Shown: positions 20,020 to 31,500 of the stretch, piece after piece
Layout of the letters: every line of letters begins with the position of its first letter
Numbering within the stretch: position 1 is the first letter of the stretch
NCBI GenBank assembly: GCA_905178155.1
Contig: CAJINV010000001.1
Span: 11,381,571 to 11,445,570 of the forward strand
Origin: Amoebophrya sp. A120
Taxonomy: Eukaryota > Protista > Dinoflagellata
Direction: 5' to 3'
DNA length: 64,000 nucleotides
Notes under the pieces: generated by a model
The model's input: only the letters and a program-made list of their open reading frames with translations
What the model was told of the DNA's origin: nothing
Database searches by the model: none
Translations under genes and position numbers: made by a program

Positions 20020-22369
20020 TTACAGATCAAACAAAAAGTCCTCGCCTATGGGCCGACCTGCGGGTGGCGAAGAAGCGATGACGGTATCGTCTTTGGCTTT
20101 TCTAGCACTGAAGCTGTTGACGCTAGGCGTCATTTGCCGGTGACAGTGCTGTATGTCGTTCTGCTCCTGGTAGCCACTACTTCGGTGTTGTCCAGGAGAC
20201 GGAGCACGAGGACGCTCGTGCGGATGAAACGCTTGCTTGTCTTGGGTTGTGTTTTTATCCTCTCGACCACCAGCGGCAGGCGAAAATGAAATCCAGGAAA
20301 GTAAACGCGAGTCGCTTTGTATCCAAGAAAAAAACGTTGTAGGTGTAACTTTCTTGGAGGAATAGCATTACAAATTTGTCTGGCATGACAGCAAAAACCT
20401 GTCATGCGCAGGTAGTACGTGAAAACGCCCTTTAATGGACCCTACGATCATGCATGCCAAGCATGACAGACGCAATCATCTTGCATATTGCGCATCACAA
20501 ATTTACACTAACAACGTTTTTTTCTTGGATACTTTGCTGTGGCATGTCGGCAACAAACCCGTCAGAGGAGCTCACCGAGGCGGTCTGCGATTCGTGTAGG
20601 TCGTTGTAATTTCTTGGTGGGGGCGAAAATGGTTTCGTTCGTAAATTGGAAGATGCCCCTTGTTCTAGTAATGCACTGCTCGATGATGCTTCATCCTCGG
20701 GGCCGGGGTAAGGCGACGCCGACCCGTCTGCGTTGATCTTCTTCCTCCGGGGCTCGTCCGTTTCGCCCCGCCGCTTCAATGCACCCAGGCGCGCAATCGC
20801 CGGAACGAGGTACGGTCCCCCGCCGGCGAACAGCAAAAGAAACACGAAAATCAGAAGGAAGGCGAAACCGTAGAGCAAGTAGAACGCATGGTGCTGGTCC
20901 TGAAGCCAGAGAAGCAGTGCGCTTTTTCGCATGGCCGTACCGCTCGTCCCCGTGCCGCGGAGTGCGCCTCGTCTATTACCACTGGTGTGGGGAACATCAA
21001 GGCTAGATGGCGTAGCAAAGGGAGCTGTATTTCTTGTTTCCTGTGACTGCGGGTTCGAGGACGTGCTGTGTTCATCAGCCAGGGGATCCTTAACTTCATG
21101 ATGATGTTGGGAGTCCTTGTTTTCTGCCGAAATTTCCTCTTGCTGACCTAGACGAGACTCGCTTGTTTTAACCGCAGACGGAACGGCCTCGGTCTCGGCT
21201 GACAGCGCCAAACCTCGTCCGTCTACTGTTGAATGATCCTTGACTTCTGTAGTGATGGCAGCGGCAAATCCCCTTGGCGCAGTCTGTGCTTGATCTTGCC
21301 TATCAGACGCAATGTGCGGTCGTAGTTGTTCGCGCTTGCTCACTGATGCTGCGGGCGTTGTTGAAGAGATCCATGTTGATGTTGTACTGGCACCGTCACC
21401 CGGCAGAGCATCCTGTGGCATTTCTGCGGGCGATGGTAAGCTGAAGTCGTTGGACGTGTCAGCATGGGTTGAGCTGGAGAGCGACGAGCTTACCGGTGGT
21501 GCGCGCGGTGCGGTCTCCTCTTTGGGTGACAGGCCTTTCGAACTGTTTGCTCTGGCCGCATCTCCTACAGCTGGGGATGCTGTTGTTGATCTTCCTGGTT
21601 GTAAAGACAGACTCTGAGCAGGCTCTTTCCCGTTCCTTTCTATGCTTTTCCTTTCAGTGACCTCCGACACTGGTGGAGCAGCAGGGATGCCACCATCCAA
21701 AGTTGGTGTCGTGCCATGATCTCCTGGTGGTGCGAATGTCGAAGTGGAAGGCGCCGCGCTTGCTCCGACGGTGTCGTGAGAAATGCTGTCACTTTCATCT
21801 TCTAGCAGTACTTTTTTGGCGCGCATCTGCACACCAGATCCTTTCTTTTTGGAAAATGATTTCGGTCGGCTGTTATGACCCGATGCTCCGTCTCCATGTT
21901 CATGCTTCCTTCTACTTTTATGTTTGTCCTTGTGCTTATTTGGCTTTCGGTGTACTTTCTCTTTTTCCTTCTCTGTGCTTGACTGTGGTTTCTTCGTTGG
22001 CCCGGCCGACTTTTCTGCCGTCTCTCGCTTCCTGCGCGCCGCTTTCGAGGATGTTGATGTCGACTTCGCACGCTTACCAGTAGCAGCAACACCAGCAGGC
22101 GACTTTTTGCTCAGAGATTTGTGGCCAGTATGACCATACGGATCCAGTGGATTTTGGGGAGACGGACACGAGTCCTCCTCATCCTCCTTGACCTTGGCGA
22201 GGGGTATGTCGCCCTCAACCGCCTCAGGCGCGTACACGTGGGAACCTCCGGGCATCTCCAGAAAGCTGAAGATTTCTGCACGGGAGCGCTTGGCCTCGGC
22301 AATCCGCCGGTGGCGGACGAAAATGATTCGACCAAGCGGCTTCTGAGATAGTAGAGGTAGTTTTTTCAT
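20020..22369 (-). CDS. Hypothetical low-complexity single-pass membrane protein; 2 exons split by a TIR introner
   Basis: 624-aa ORF with a hydrophobic segment (AFYLLYGFAFLLIFVFLLLFAG). Removing 20320-20531 plus one TSD copy extends the frame ~100 codons to TAA at 20020-20022. True start uncertain (possibly MPGGSHV). Confidence 0.7.
20320..20531. mobile_element. TIR introner family B (212 bp), perfect TSD ctttg
   Basis: tatccaagaaaaaaacgttgtaggtgtaa / ttacactaacaacgtttttttcttggata. Interior matches the reverse complement of 10681-10889. Confidence 0.93.
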
Positions 22370-22549
22370 TTATTTCAACAGTTGCAGTTCTCTACGATTG
22401 TCTACGATTTCTGACGAGGACGCTGGGGTATTTTTACTTTATGCAGACGCAAATCGCGCTCGTTACTCAGCGAACTAGTAATAGAAATTGAAGGCGCGGC
22501 AGGCGCAACGAACGCACCTAGTGCGAGGACCAGAAGTATCCTTAAGATA

Positions 22550-25168
22550 TCAGATCCACGTACTCATCATCATGATCATCTCAAATATCACGACGAATAC
22601 TTTGCGCTGTGCAAGACCCTCTGGCCTGGGCGTCGTAGTAGAAGTAGTCGGAGTTTCCGGGCTCGGTTCGGGAGTGGGCTCCGGGCTGGGTTCTGGACTG
22701 GGCGCGGGCGACGGTTCGTCGCTCGATTCTCCGGATTCTGATTCCTCCGAACCTGAATCGCTGCCACTCCCACTCGGACTGCCCGATCCTGACCCACTGG
22801 GACTGCCCGATCCTGACCCACTGGGCGAACCAGATCCAGAACCGCTCCCACTTCCCGACCCACTACCCTCGGAGTCCTCCTCCGGCTGCGGCTTTGGTTG
22901 CGGAGACTGGTCCTCGGGCGATTGCGAATCGGGCGGGGCCGGGGTGGTCGTTGACGGCGGCGGTAGTCCATCGTTGTCGATGAAGAGGATCCGGCGTCGC
23001 TTGTCGAAGTACAGCACGTTTTCCAGGCCCGTCGGCGGGTCGATGGTCAGCTGCCCAGCGGCAGCCCGATGCAGGTAGGCCCGCGACTGCGCGCATCCGG
23101 CAACGATGGCCTGCAGCTCCGCCCGCGAGGGAGGGTTGGGCAGCGAGAGCATCTTGTGCTTGACCAAGTGGTAGGCGTCCGCGGCCCGCTGGTCGAGGAC
23201 GCTCAACTGCTCGGTTTGGAGCCACTCGTCGGAGTTGCGCTGCGTGATCTGGTTCAGCACCGCCTCGTGGCCCAGCACCTCCTGCCCGTATCGCGGCGTG
23301 AAGATCTCCCAGTAGGACGCTTCCTCCGCGTCGTCGTTCCCCGCAGCGTGCTTGATGCGCTGGTAGAAGCGCGGCCAGCTGCCGGCGTCGATCAGATCTA
23401 CATCGAACAAATTGTCCTGCATCCAGGGCAGCACCTTTTTGCAGTCGGTTTTCCCGGCCCCGTTTGGCGGCAGCAGCTCGTCCTTCAGCACCTTGTAGTC
23501 CATCTGCGTCTGCGTGTACCGCTTCAGCGGCGCGCCGCCCACCTCCACGGTTTCCGGTTGCTTGTCGTCCGGTTTAAAGGTCTGCTCTATGGCATTCAGG
23601 TCGCTGTGCGTTTGCATCAACCGCCACAGCCGAATCATGGACACCTTCTTGAAGCTCATGGCCTTCACCAGATCCCGGTCCAGAAACTTTTCGTCCTGAC
23701 GACCCTGGTGGTAGCCGCCCTCGGAGACGCGGACGTGCTGCTTGTACGTCGACCAGAGCTCCTTGTACCGCCGTGGGCAGAATTGGTTGTCGCACAGATA
23801 ATCCACCTCGTTGTAAAATCCGTCGCCGTCGGGGTCCAGCGGGTGCCGACCGCCACCCTCCCCCGAGTCCGACTCGGAGGAACTCGTCTCGCGCTTGTCC
23901 TTCTTGTCCTTCCGGTTGCCGCGCCGTCCCGCCACTGCTGCTATCCCGCCCACGACCGCCAGCGCCCCGGCCGCGGCGAGGGAGGACCGCACCACGTCTT
24001 TGTCGTACAAAAGCTGCTCGGCGTCCAGGTAATTCGAGTTTGCCTGGTCAGCAATGTCCAACTTTTGCAGGAGCTCTGCTTTGTCATCGGCGTTCAGATA
24101 TTGGGGGCCCGCGAGCGCGACCCCTTTTTGCAAAGCGTCAATGGCTTCCTGTCGTTCTTTCGGATCAGCGCCGTCGTCCCCTAACGCGTCCAGAAGGTTG
24201 GGGGAGATCCAGAGACGTTCTCGCTGCTCTGCAGTCAGCTTTTCGATGACGGCGTCCTCCGCGGTGTGTCCCGCTTTGTCAGACGCAGCGTCCATGTCAG
24301 CGAGCCCCCCATTGTCCTCGTTCATGTCTGCGTGGGTAACTTCGAGATTGTGCAACGCAGCTTGCGCGGCGTCGATCTTCTGCTGCTCTGCGTGATCTGG
24401 AGCGACGCCACTCGACGGGTGTTCTGCTTCCGCCAGTTTCCTTTGCGCGTCCGCAAGTTTCTCTGCATAGTCGTCATCTCCATCACGATCGTCAGGCACC
24501 TGGACGTCGTTGTCGTTACCCAGCGCCGCGGTGATCGCTTCATTTGCCGCGTCGACGTGCTCCGTGTGGTCAGCAACGTCCTTGTCTTGCCCTTCCACCA
24601 GGTCTCCGATAGCCGAGGCGCCTTGCAACGTCACTCCATGATAACCTTCCCCGGAAGCGTCGTTGTCCCCAACCTGGTCCCACCAGTTGCCCCAATCATG
24701 CGCCCAGTCGTGGTCCTCCGCACCGGTTTTGTCAGCCACCCAATCCGCGCCCTCCTGGACTTCGTGGCCCAGCCACCCAGTGGCATCTTCCCACCAATTT
24801 TCGGCACCCTGGGCCACTTCGCCAACTTTCCCCGAGTGCTCGGTCAAAGCATCCCACGCGTTTCCAAGGGGGTCAAAACCTTCAAACTGGGCTCCCACAT
24901 CCGGCATCAGCAGAAGAAACAGTTTTAGTTCGGCAAGAATAAGCTGAAACACGACGGCCTTGGCTTTCCAACGGCCTTTCCATCGGATAGTTTCGGACGA
25001 TGAAGAAGCAGGTTGACATGGTTCGCACTCGCAGGTGCGAGTTGTAATACAACTGCCACGTGTAGCACCACAACTACTGCTGCTGATATTTGCCTTCGGG
25101 GCACAAGCAACTACCAACGCGGCCTGGTTAATCATCTTCGGTTTCCTCGACGGAGAGCGCACTTTCAT
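22550..25168 (-). CDS. Hypothetical protein (872-aa ORF) with acidic Trp-rich region, hydrophobic segment and SG/EPSP repeats
   Basis: Long ORF with GC3 bias; AAAGALAVVGGIAAVAG hydrophobic stretch; GSGSGS and PSPEPSPEPTPEP mucin-like tail. Both termini uncertain. Confidence 0.7.
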   Translation of the reverse strand: MKVRSPSRKPKMINQAALVVACAPKANISSSSCGATRGSCITTRTCECEPCQPASSSSETIRWKGRWKAKAVVFQLILAELKLFLLLMPDVGAQFEGFDPLGNAWDALTEHSGKVGEVAQGAENWWEDATGWLGHEVQEGADWVADKTGAEDHDWAHDWGNWWDQVGDNDASGEGYHGVTLQGASAIGDLVEGQDKDVADHTEHVDAANEAITAALGNDNDVQVPDDRDGDDDYAEKLADAQRKLAEAEHPSSGVAPDHAEQQKIDAAQAALHNLEVTHADMNEDNGGLADMDAASDKAGHTAEDAVIEKLTAEQRERLWISPNLLDALGDDGADPKERQEAIDALQKGVALAGPQYLNADDKAELLQKLDIADQANSNYLDAEQLLYDKDVVRSSLAAAGALAVVGGIAAVAGRRGNRKDKKDKRETSSSESDSGEGGGRHPLDPDGDGFYNEVDYLCDNQFCPRRYKELWSTYKQHVRVSEGGYHQGRQDEKFLDRDLVKAMSFKKVSMIRLWRLMQTHSDLNAIEQTFKPDDKQPETVEVGGAPLKRYTQTQMDYKVLKDELLPPNGAGKTDCKKVLPWMQDNLFDVDLIDAGSWPRFYQRIKHAAGNDDAEEASYWEIFTPRYGQEVLGHEAVLNQITQRNSDEWLQTEQLSVLDQRAADAYHLVKHKMLSLPNPPSRAELQAIVAGCAQSRAYLHRAAAGQLTIDPPTGLENVLYFDKRRRILFIDNDGLPPPSTTTPAPPDSQSPEDQSPQPKPQPEEDSEGSGSGSGSGSGSGSPSGSGSGSPSGSGSGSPSGSGSDSGSEESESGESSDEPSPAPSPEPSPEPTPEPSPETPTTSTTTPRPEGLAQRKVFVVIFEMIMMMSTWI

Positions 25169-26924
25169 GGTTCCGCCGCTCGAAAGCTACTTACGATGAA
25201 GATGATGTCGCAACTGCGGTTGTCTACACAATTCCAATACCGGTCGTCCCATTGCCGCTGCGTTCAGACAAATTTCCAACATTTATCGGACACCGATAAT
25301 ACTGAGTCCCATATCTTCACTACATGAGCGTTTATTCTCGACACTGCTGTCGGATCAACATAGACACTACACTATGACAAAACCCATGCCACCCACTAGT
25401 AGAACTGTACAATGAACGAACCACTTCGTTATCGTTGTCGCAAATCACGACATAATAGGACAAATAATCTCGGCGACGAACTTTCGAAGACGATGAAACG
25501 ATGACGAGGAAGAATGGGATCCGATCGAAGAGGCCTAATGTCAATGTGCCATTCTGAGTATAGCCACGATTTGTTATCACGATGACACCAGAGTGACGCA
25601 GTATCATTAATATTGCAAAACGATAAAGGCGATCAAATCGATGATGATGTTGTTGAGAGGTCGTAGTGCCCGTCACGAGGAAGATGCGTTGTCCGTTCAT
25701 AATACTCGTCGCACCATTTTCTGTCGACCTGCTCGAAAAACGACCTAAGCAGGCAACTCTCATGTTTATGCCGCGATCATAGGCAGCATCAACGAGAAGC
25801 ATCAACGAGAAGTAGATGCCGTTGCGACGAATACGATACAACTCCTATTTCATTTTTCAAGCTACTAATTATCGATAAACATCAATAAGCCAGGAGCTAG
25901 AGGTGAGCGACAGCATGCCATTAAAAGCCGACATCGACACGGCACCGGTGGAAGAAGTAGCGGCAACTGTAACAAAAACATGTCTGAAGAAAGGACAATC
26001 TTTGCGATCTTGCGCAAGCTAGCGGCGTCGGCAGGGGATTCATGCATTTCACAAAAACACTTTTTTGCTCGGATTTTTTTGCGAGCCGTGCTGCCAAGGC
26101 AAGTGAAAAGTAGAACCTGCGATGTTTCTCAATGTTCGTGAAAGATCCAGCGGCCGCTGCCGTCGATGAACTATGCGGACCGGTAGCCCGACAATGCATT
26201 GAGGTCAAGCACGTCTTTTACACGATCACTCCGCGCGCGTTTGCGACGGATGCGCGAAAGTTTAGCCAAGAATGCTTTTACTCTATTGTTGCTGGATACA
26301 GTGAGTGGATTTAGATCCTGTGCTTCAGGTACCGTAAGTCATTACACCACTTGCACATGGATTGACAAATGATTCTCAACAGGACACCGGATCGTCGTGA
26401 CACAACCCGCCTCCAGCATCATTGCTTACCCGTCCCCTTCCTCCGCGCCGGGTTTCTTGGTGTCATTCCAAATCCAAGTTTGCAGGTGGTCGAGTTTCTC
26501 GTCCGAGCCTGCCACCGGATGACGCGCGCTACATCCACCGCTGGAAAGGCTCTTGTATGAGTCACGCCTTCTGCTTCGGTGCAAAAGGACAAAGACCCAG
26601 GAGACTCTATCTTTGCGGTGTAGCACACGATGTGGGCGAAAGACTGTCAACAGGTGCCGGAGCACCGCGGAGCTAGTACTCGCAGCTCGAAGGTGGATCG
26701 ACTTGTTATGTTCGAAGAACGCCTACTTATTTGCGTTCAGCTGTCCTCCAAGCAGCGAGCGTCGTGGAGGTCTCGCAATCGCAAAAGAAAAAAGCGCTGC
26801 TTACGCCTGTCGGTGGCACTTTTGCGGCGACTAGAAGACGCAATTTCATCACGTCCATTCATTGTTTTGTCAGCAGGGCCGGAATTATTTTCTTCACTCA
26901 TTGAGTTCCCTGCATGTTGATTTC

Positions 26925-27491
26925 TCATGAGGGCTTACTTTCTGTACAGCGTTCTCCTACTGCTGTTGAAGTGATTGGGGGGCTTTCGACGGTCACTGTA
27001 GGTGTCGTAATATTCCAGGCATTGTAAACCCGCATAAATAACTCAAAATCCCGGGCAGCTGCGGGCTTCTTCTCGGTTCCCTGCTTGCTGCGCATGCGGG
27101 CTTCGGCATCTTTTGCGCTGTCACACCAAACTACCGTGAGCCCCCGCTCTATCTCGCTCTCCGTCATCTGAGGTCCCTCAGGTAGCCGCTTTGTGATATG
27201 CCCACTGAAAACGTGTGAAACGGTCTCCCGGAGTTTGCCCGTCTTCTCACTGTTTCTTTGTTCGGTTAGTTGCCCGAAGTTCTCTTCTAAAGCCACCTCG
27301 CACCCGATTTCTTCCCGACACTCGCGCACAACTGCGGTTTCCACCGTCTCGCCCGCCTCTACCCCACCGCCAGGCAGCTTGAAAAAGTCGCCGCGAGCGC
27401 AATGCAGCAATGGGACTTCCCCCGTAGTCGGGTCCCGGGCCACAATTCGGGCGGCTACACGACGCGGAATTTGCGCATTTGTCTCACCCAT
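26925..27491 (-). CDS. Nudix hydrolase
   Basis: Nudix box LPGGGVEAGETVETAVVRECREEIG; no introns. Confidence 0.9.
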   Translation of the reverse strand: MGETNAQIPRRVAARIVARDPTTGEVPLLHCARGDFFKLPGGGVEAGETVETAVVRECREEIGCEVALEENFGQLTEQRNSEKTGKLRETVSHVFSGHITKRLPEGPQMTESEIERGLTVVWCDSAKDAEARMRSKQGTEKKPAAARDFELFMRVYNAWNITTPTVTVESPPITSTAVGERCTESKPS

Positions 27492-28538
27492 AGTTCTGAT
27501 GTCTTTTGGCCTAATACGTTGCGATTCGTGTCTGAATTAAAGAACGAAGTATGATGCGGCAACGCTTGTTGATGCTTTGCGAAACATGCAAGTTGTGCCA
27601 GAAAAACTGAAGTTACGCTACTGCATCCGCATGGGCCGACATAATTGTGGGTCGTTCTGCTTGTCAAAAAGAGATGGAAAAAAAAGACGCTCTCTACAAA
27701 CAAGCCAGCAGCCCGACCGAATGCAAATCATGTAAAAAAAGTTAGCCAATAGCTACGACCATTCGAAACAAACTTTAGCTGGGCGCCCCCTGCTCACTGC
27801 TCGAGTCCGACCAAGTGCTGCCCCTGCCGGGCTGACTATTACAGTCGAACAACAGCGGCTGCGGTGCGTCACCATCTCGATCTCAGTCTGTGCGAGATAT
27901 GCATGTGCGCCGGGGCAAAAGAGCTGAGTTCTCGATCTTACTTGTGCTTGTGGTTTGTCCATAGTGAAGATCGCACTTCTTTGTCTTTCATCTCTCTGTC
28001 TTTCTGCTTGACTTTGATTAAAAGAATAGTCTGCACCCAAAGCCAAAAGGGATGTGTTGTAGTTGAATATAAATTTCTGAACTCTGAGGTGGTGCTGTTC
28101 GAAAACAAAAACACATATACAAGTACGTAGGAGGACCCCGACCCGCAATGGTAAGGATTTTTCTTTGCGCCATGTGAATACAAAAAAAAGCAGCGTGATC
28201 CTACTGTAGCAACCACCCAGGTGAAGATTGGTATAGTATCTTGTGACGTATCTATTTTGACAGAAATTGAAATATACTTCTGGGTACTTACTCGACAAGG
28301 AATGGCATTGTTGAAGTTAGGTTCTTTCGCTTTTACGTTTTTCTTTTTTCACGGCGACGTTGTACCTCGACGTTGAAAAAAACGATATTCTAGATTTAAT
28401 AGTGCGATACGTACCAAATAAAATCGGGCCAGATCCTCTTCCTCCAGCTGACGAGAGCATTTTGTCTCCGACTCCAGCAAGGATCGTTTTATCAACCTTG
28501 CTGTTTTGAATTCTCTGCCCCCCTGGCTCTGCGTCTAC

Positions 28539-31500
28539 TTACTTCTTCTTGCCTCCGGCGCCCCCGGCATCCAGCAGAATCCAAGACAGCCCGACCGCGA
28601 GCATGGCGGCACGCTGGTACCTTGTGTAGAAGACCTTTTCGCCGGTCGCCGCCGGGCGAACCTGTCCGCTGATGGCGCTCTCGTCGTCTGCCGCCTTGAC
28701 CCGGTACAGCGGCTCGCGCAGACTCTCCGAAACCGTGCTGCGATTGGAGTAGAAGGCGGTCCAGAACTCGTTGGACAGTCGTTGCACCTGCGTCACGGGA
28801 ACGGGACTCTGCGTGAAGACCATGGACTTCACGCCGCGAAGCGTCGCGAGGACTGCGGTCGAGTACGAACTCTCGTTGTTCGCCAACAAGTTGTCCCCGA
28901 AAAGCGCCTTCTGCCGACGAAAAGCCCTGAAGGAGTTTTTACGGAGCATGCCAAGTGAACGTATTGTCGAAATAAAAAACAGTACTGATAAACCTCATGC
29001 AATGGTGTTGTCGCACAAGGGTTCAAATTCAAAATTTTCAAATTCTTTATTTTTCACCACAGAAGTTTGAATCTGATAGATTCTGAATAAAGACACGAAA
29101 AAAACTGCGCAACTACTGATACTTGTCATTCATCGCCCGGCAGAACATGAATAGGCAGTTCAAGTTTCGCAGGTCGAGCGAGCCGAACTGCTTGGACGAT
29201 AGTGACATTAACAGTTTCGAGAACCCGACGTAGTTCAGTGTCTTGGACAGTTGCAGGGACTCGATGAACGTCTGTGGTGAAATCACCGGGTCGCCAAAAG
29301 TTTTCGCCAGAGCCGCGGGTGCGGTGGGGAAGTCTTTCAATAGATTGCCGGTTTCTTGCGGCACATACTGGTCCTCGTTGTTGGCGTCGACTAACGCCTT
29401 GGACACACTTCCGTCCAGCCCCAGCGTGACCCGCTTCACGGTCGCGTCCTTGGGGTCGACCTTCGAAGGCTCCTCCGCAAAAGTCACCGTGTTGATCGGC
29501 TCTGCCAGCAGCGCGGGCGGTCGGCGGCTGTTTCTGGCGGCGAGGAGCGGCAGCGCTACGTCGCGGGTCACGAAGCAGTCCTGGTTGCGTGGGAACATGC
29601 TGACGACGCAATCTAGGTGTTCCAGCGGCAGGTCAAACAGCATGTCATCTAAAAGCAGAATCAAGTTCGCCGGCCGTCGGTCGGCCTGCGTGCCGGCCAG
29701 CGGGAAAAATTCCTGTTTTAGACGGGCGAAGAGCGGCTCGAAGAAACTCTCCACGTTCTGCCACGCCTCCTCGTACTCCCCCATGGTTTTCTCCGAAAGT
29801 GCGGACGGTTTCTGGATCAAATCCTTCTCTGTCCGGGTGAAAACGTCGTAAAACGCCTGCCGGAAGTGGAAAAAATCCAGCCGCCGTGCGGGGATCTGAG
29901 AAATTGAAAAAATAGAAGCGGTAGAGCGCAGCAGTGTCGTCCGCCGGTTGGACTAAATAACCATAATCGCATTTCTTCCCGTTCCAGATGAAACTCGAAA
30001 CTTTTGATTCTAGTATCAAGGACAATGCCATTCTCGTTGGAGGTTCGTTGCTTGAGCTCTTCAAACAGACAACACGAGTCTATGTTCTTGCGAAAGCTTA
30101 ACTAATACCTTGAAGCACATATATTCGCACTGGCCCGGCGTGTAACTCGCGCTGGAAAATTTCGTCTTCACTCGACTCGGGGCGGTCGCAGCTGCTCCCG
30201 GAAAAAATGCTGCGCCGACGGCCATGAAGTCCTTTTCGAGCTGCAGGGACACAGTCAAAGTCAGTGGCGGAATAAGTTCGCGCATCAATTGGTCGCAGTC
30301 TTGCGGCAACTGCATCAATGTGTCTACGAGCTCGCCGCTCGGCTGCGCGGAGTACTGCTGGACCAAATCCGAGAACCCCGGCAGCATGCTCGGTCGGGGG
30401 AACTTGTTCCGCACCGCCTCGAGTTTCTGCTGCAGAATCCTTTCCGAGTTCTCGCAACTCAAAACGGTCTGCAAAATGGTGTCGTAGCCGTAGTCCAAAA
30501 CCCGAAAGAGCTGCTCCATGCACAGGCAGTGGAAGGTTTGCTTCATGTCGGTCGGACCGTACACACTGTGCGCCAGCGTGTGGCAGGCCAGCGCACCCGA
30601 TTTGAAGTGACGATGACGCAGGCAGCTCGGCAGCGCTTTTTCTAAAAACTCCTTCCCGGCTTCGACGTGCGGGGACATTGGTGTCCCAACGACCACAGCA
30701 GTTCCAGATTCTCCCCCAGCACCCTCCGCTCCTTCGGCTGGTGGTGCGAATGCCAACGTCTCCCAGTTCTTCACTGGCTCCGCACTTTCGCAACTGCGGC
30801 AATCTTCGAACAACATCGCGCGGCGCTCGAATTCTTCCAGCGCGTTCTTCCCGGTTTCGTCCCACTCCGCCTCGCGAAACGGGCAGGGACCCCGCTCGAC
30901 AAATAGCACGCCGACCTCCACCTCTGCCGCGGCCACGCGTGCCGGCACGAACGCGCCGAAAGAAGTTTGCTCCTCCTCCGACGCGGCCCGGTCCGTCTCC
31001 TGCCAGAGGCTCGGGTAGCGTGCCGCAAGCTGGTGGTATTCCAGTTCCGAGTACGCGGAGTGGATGCTGGATAAACACTGCTCGATCTCCTGCGCGGGTC
31101 TCGGGCCGGCCTTCCGCTCGTTCTCGCTGTCGATTCGTATCGTCAGTTCCTCGATGTATTGGTCTTTGACGTCGAGATTCTCCACCGGCTTCAACGGTTT
31201 GAAGAACCCATCGACGTCGATCGCGACGCTCGTGTCGCCCGGTAGCGACAGAGCCGCTTGTTTCGCGACGTGTCTCATTGGCACAGAAATGGTCTCCGCC
31301 CCGGGCAGCTGGAAGTAAGAGGCCAAATATTGCGCCGTGTTCTGCCGCGAGAGTGCGTGGTTGCTGGTGGAGCTCGAGCTGCCGCCGCGCTGGAACAACT
31401 TCTCTTTGTGGCGCAAGGCGCGCCGCTGGGCACGGTGTCGACTCACGCAAATGTCGATTTCCAGCAGTAGGTCCGACAGCGGGCCGCAGCAGCTCTGCAG

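Noticed and set aside
25332-26900. Short ORFs of 60-170 aa
   Set aside because: No codon bias or recognisable motif; probably UTR or intergenic sequence.
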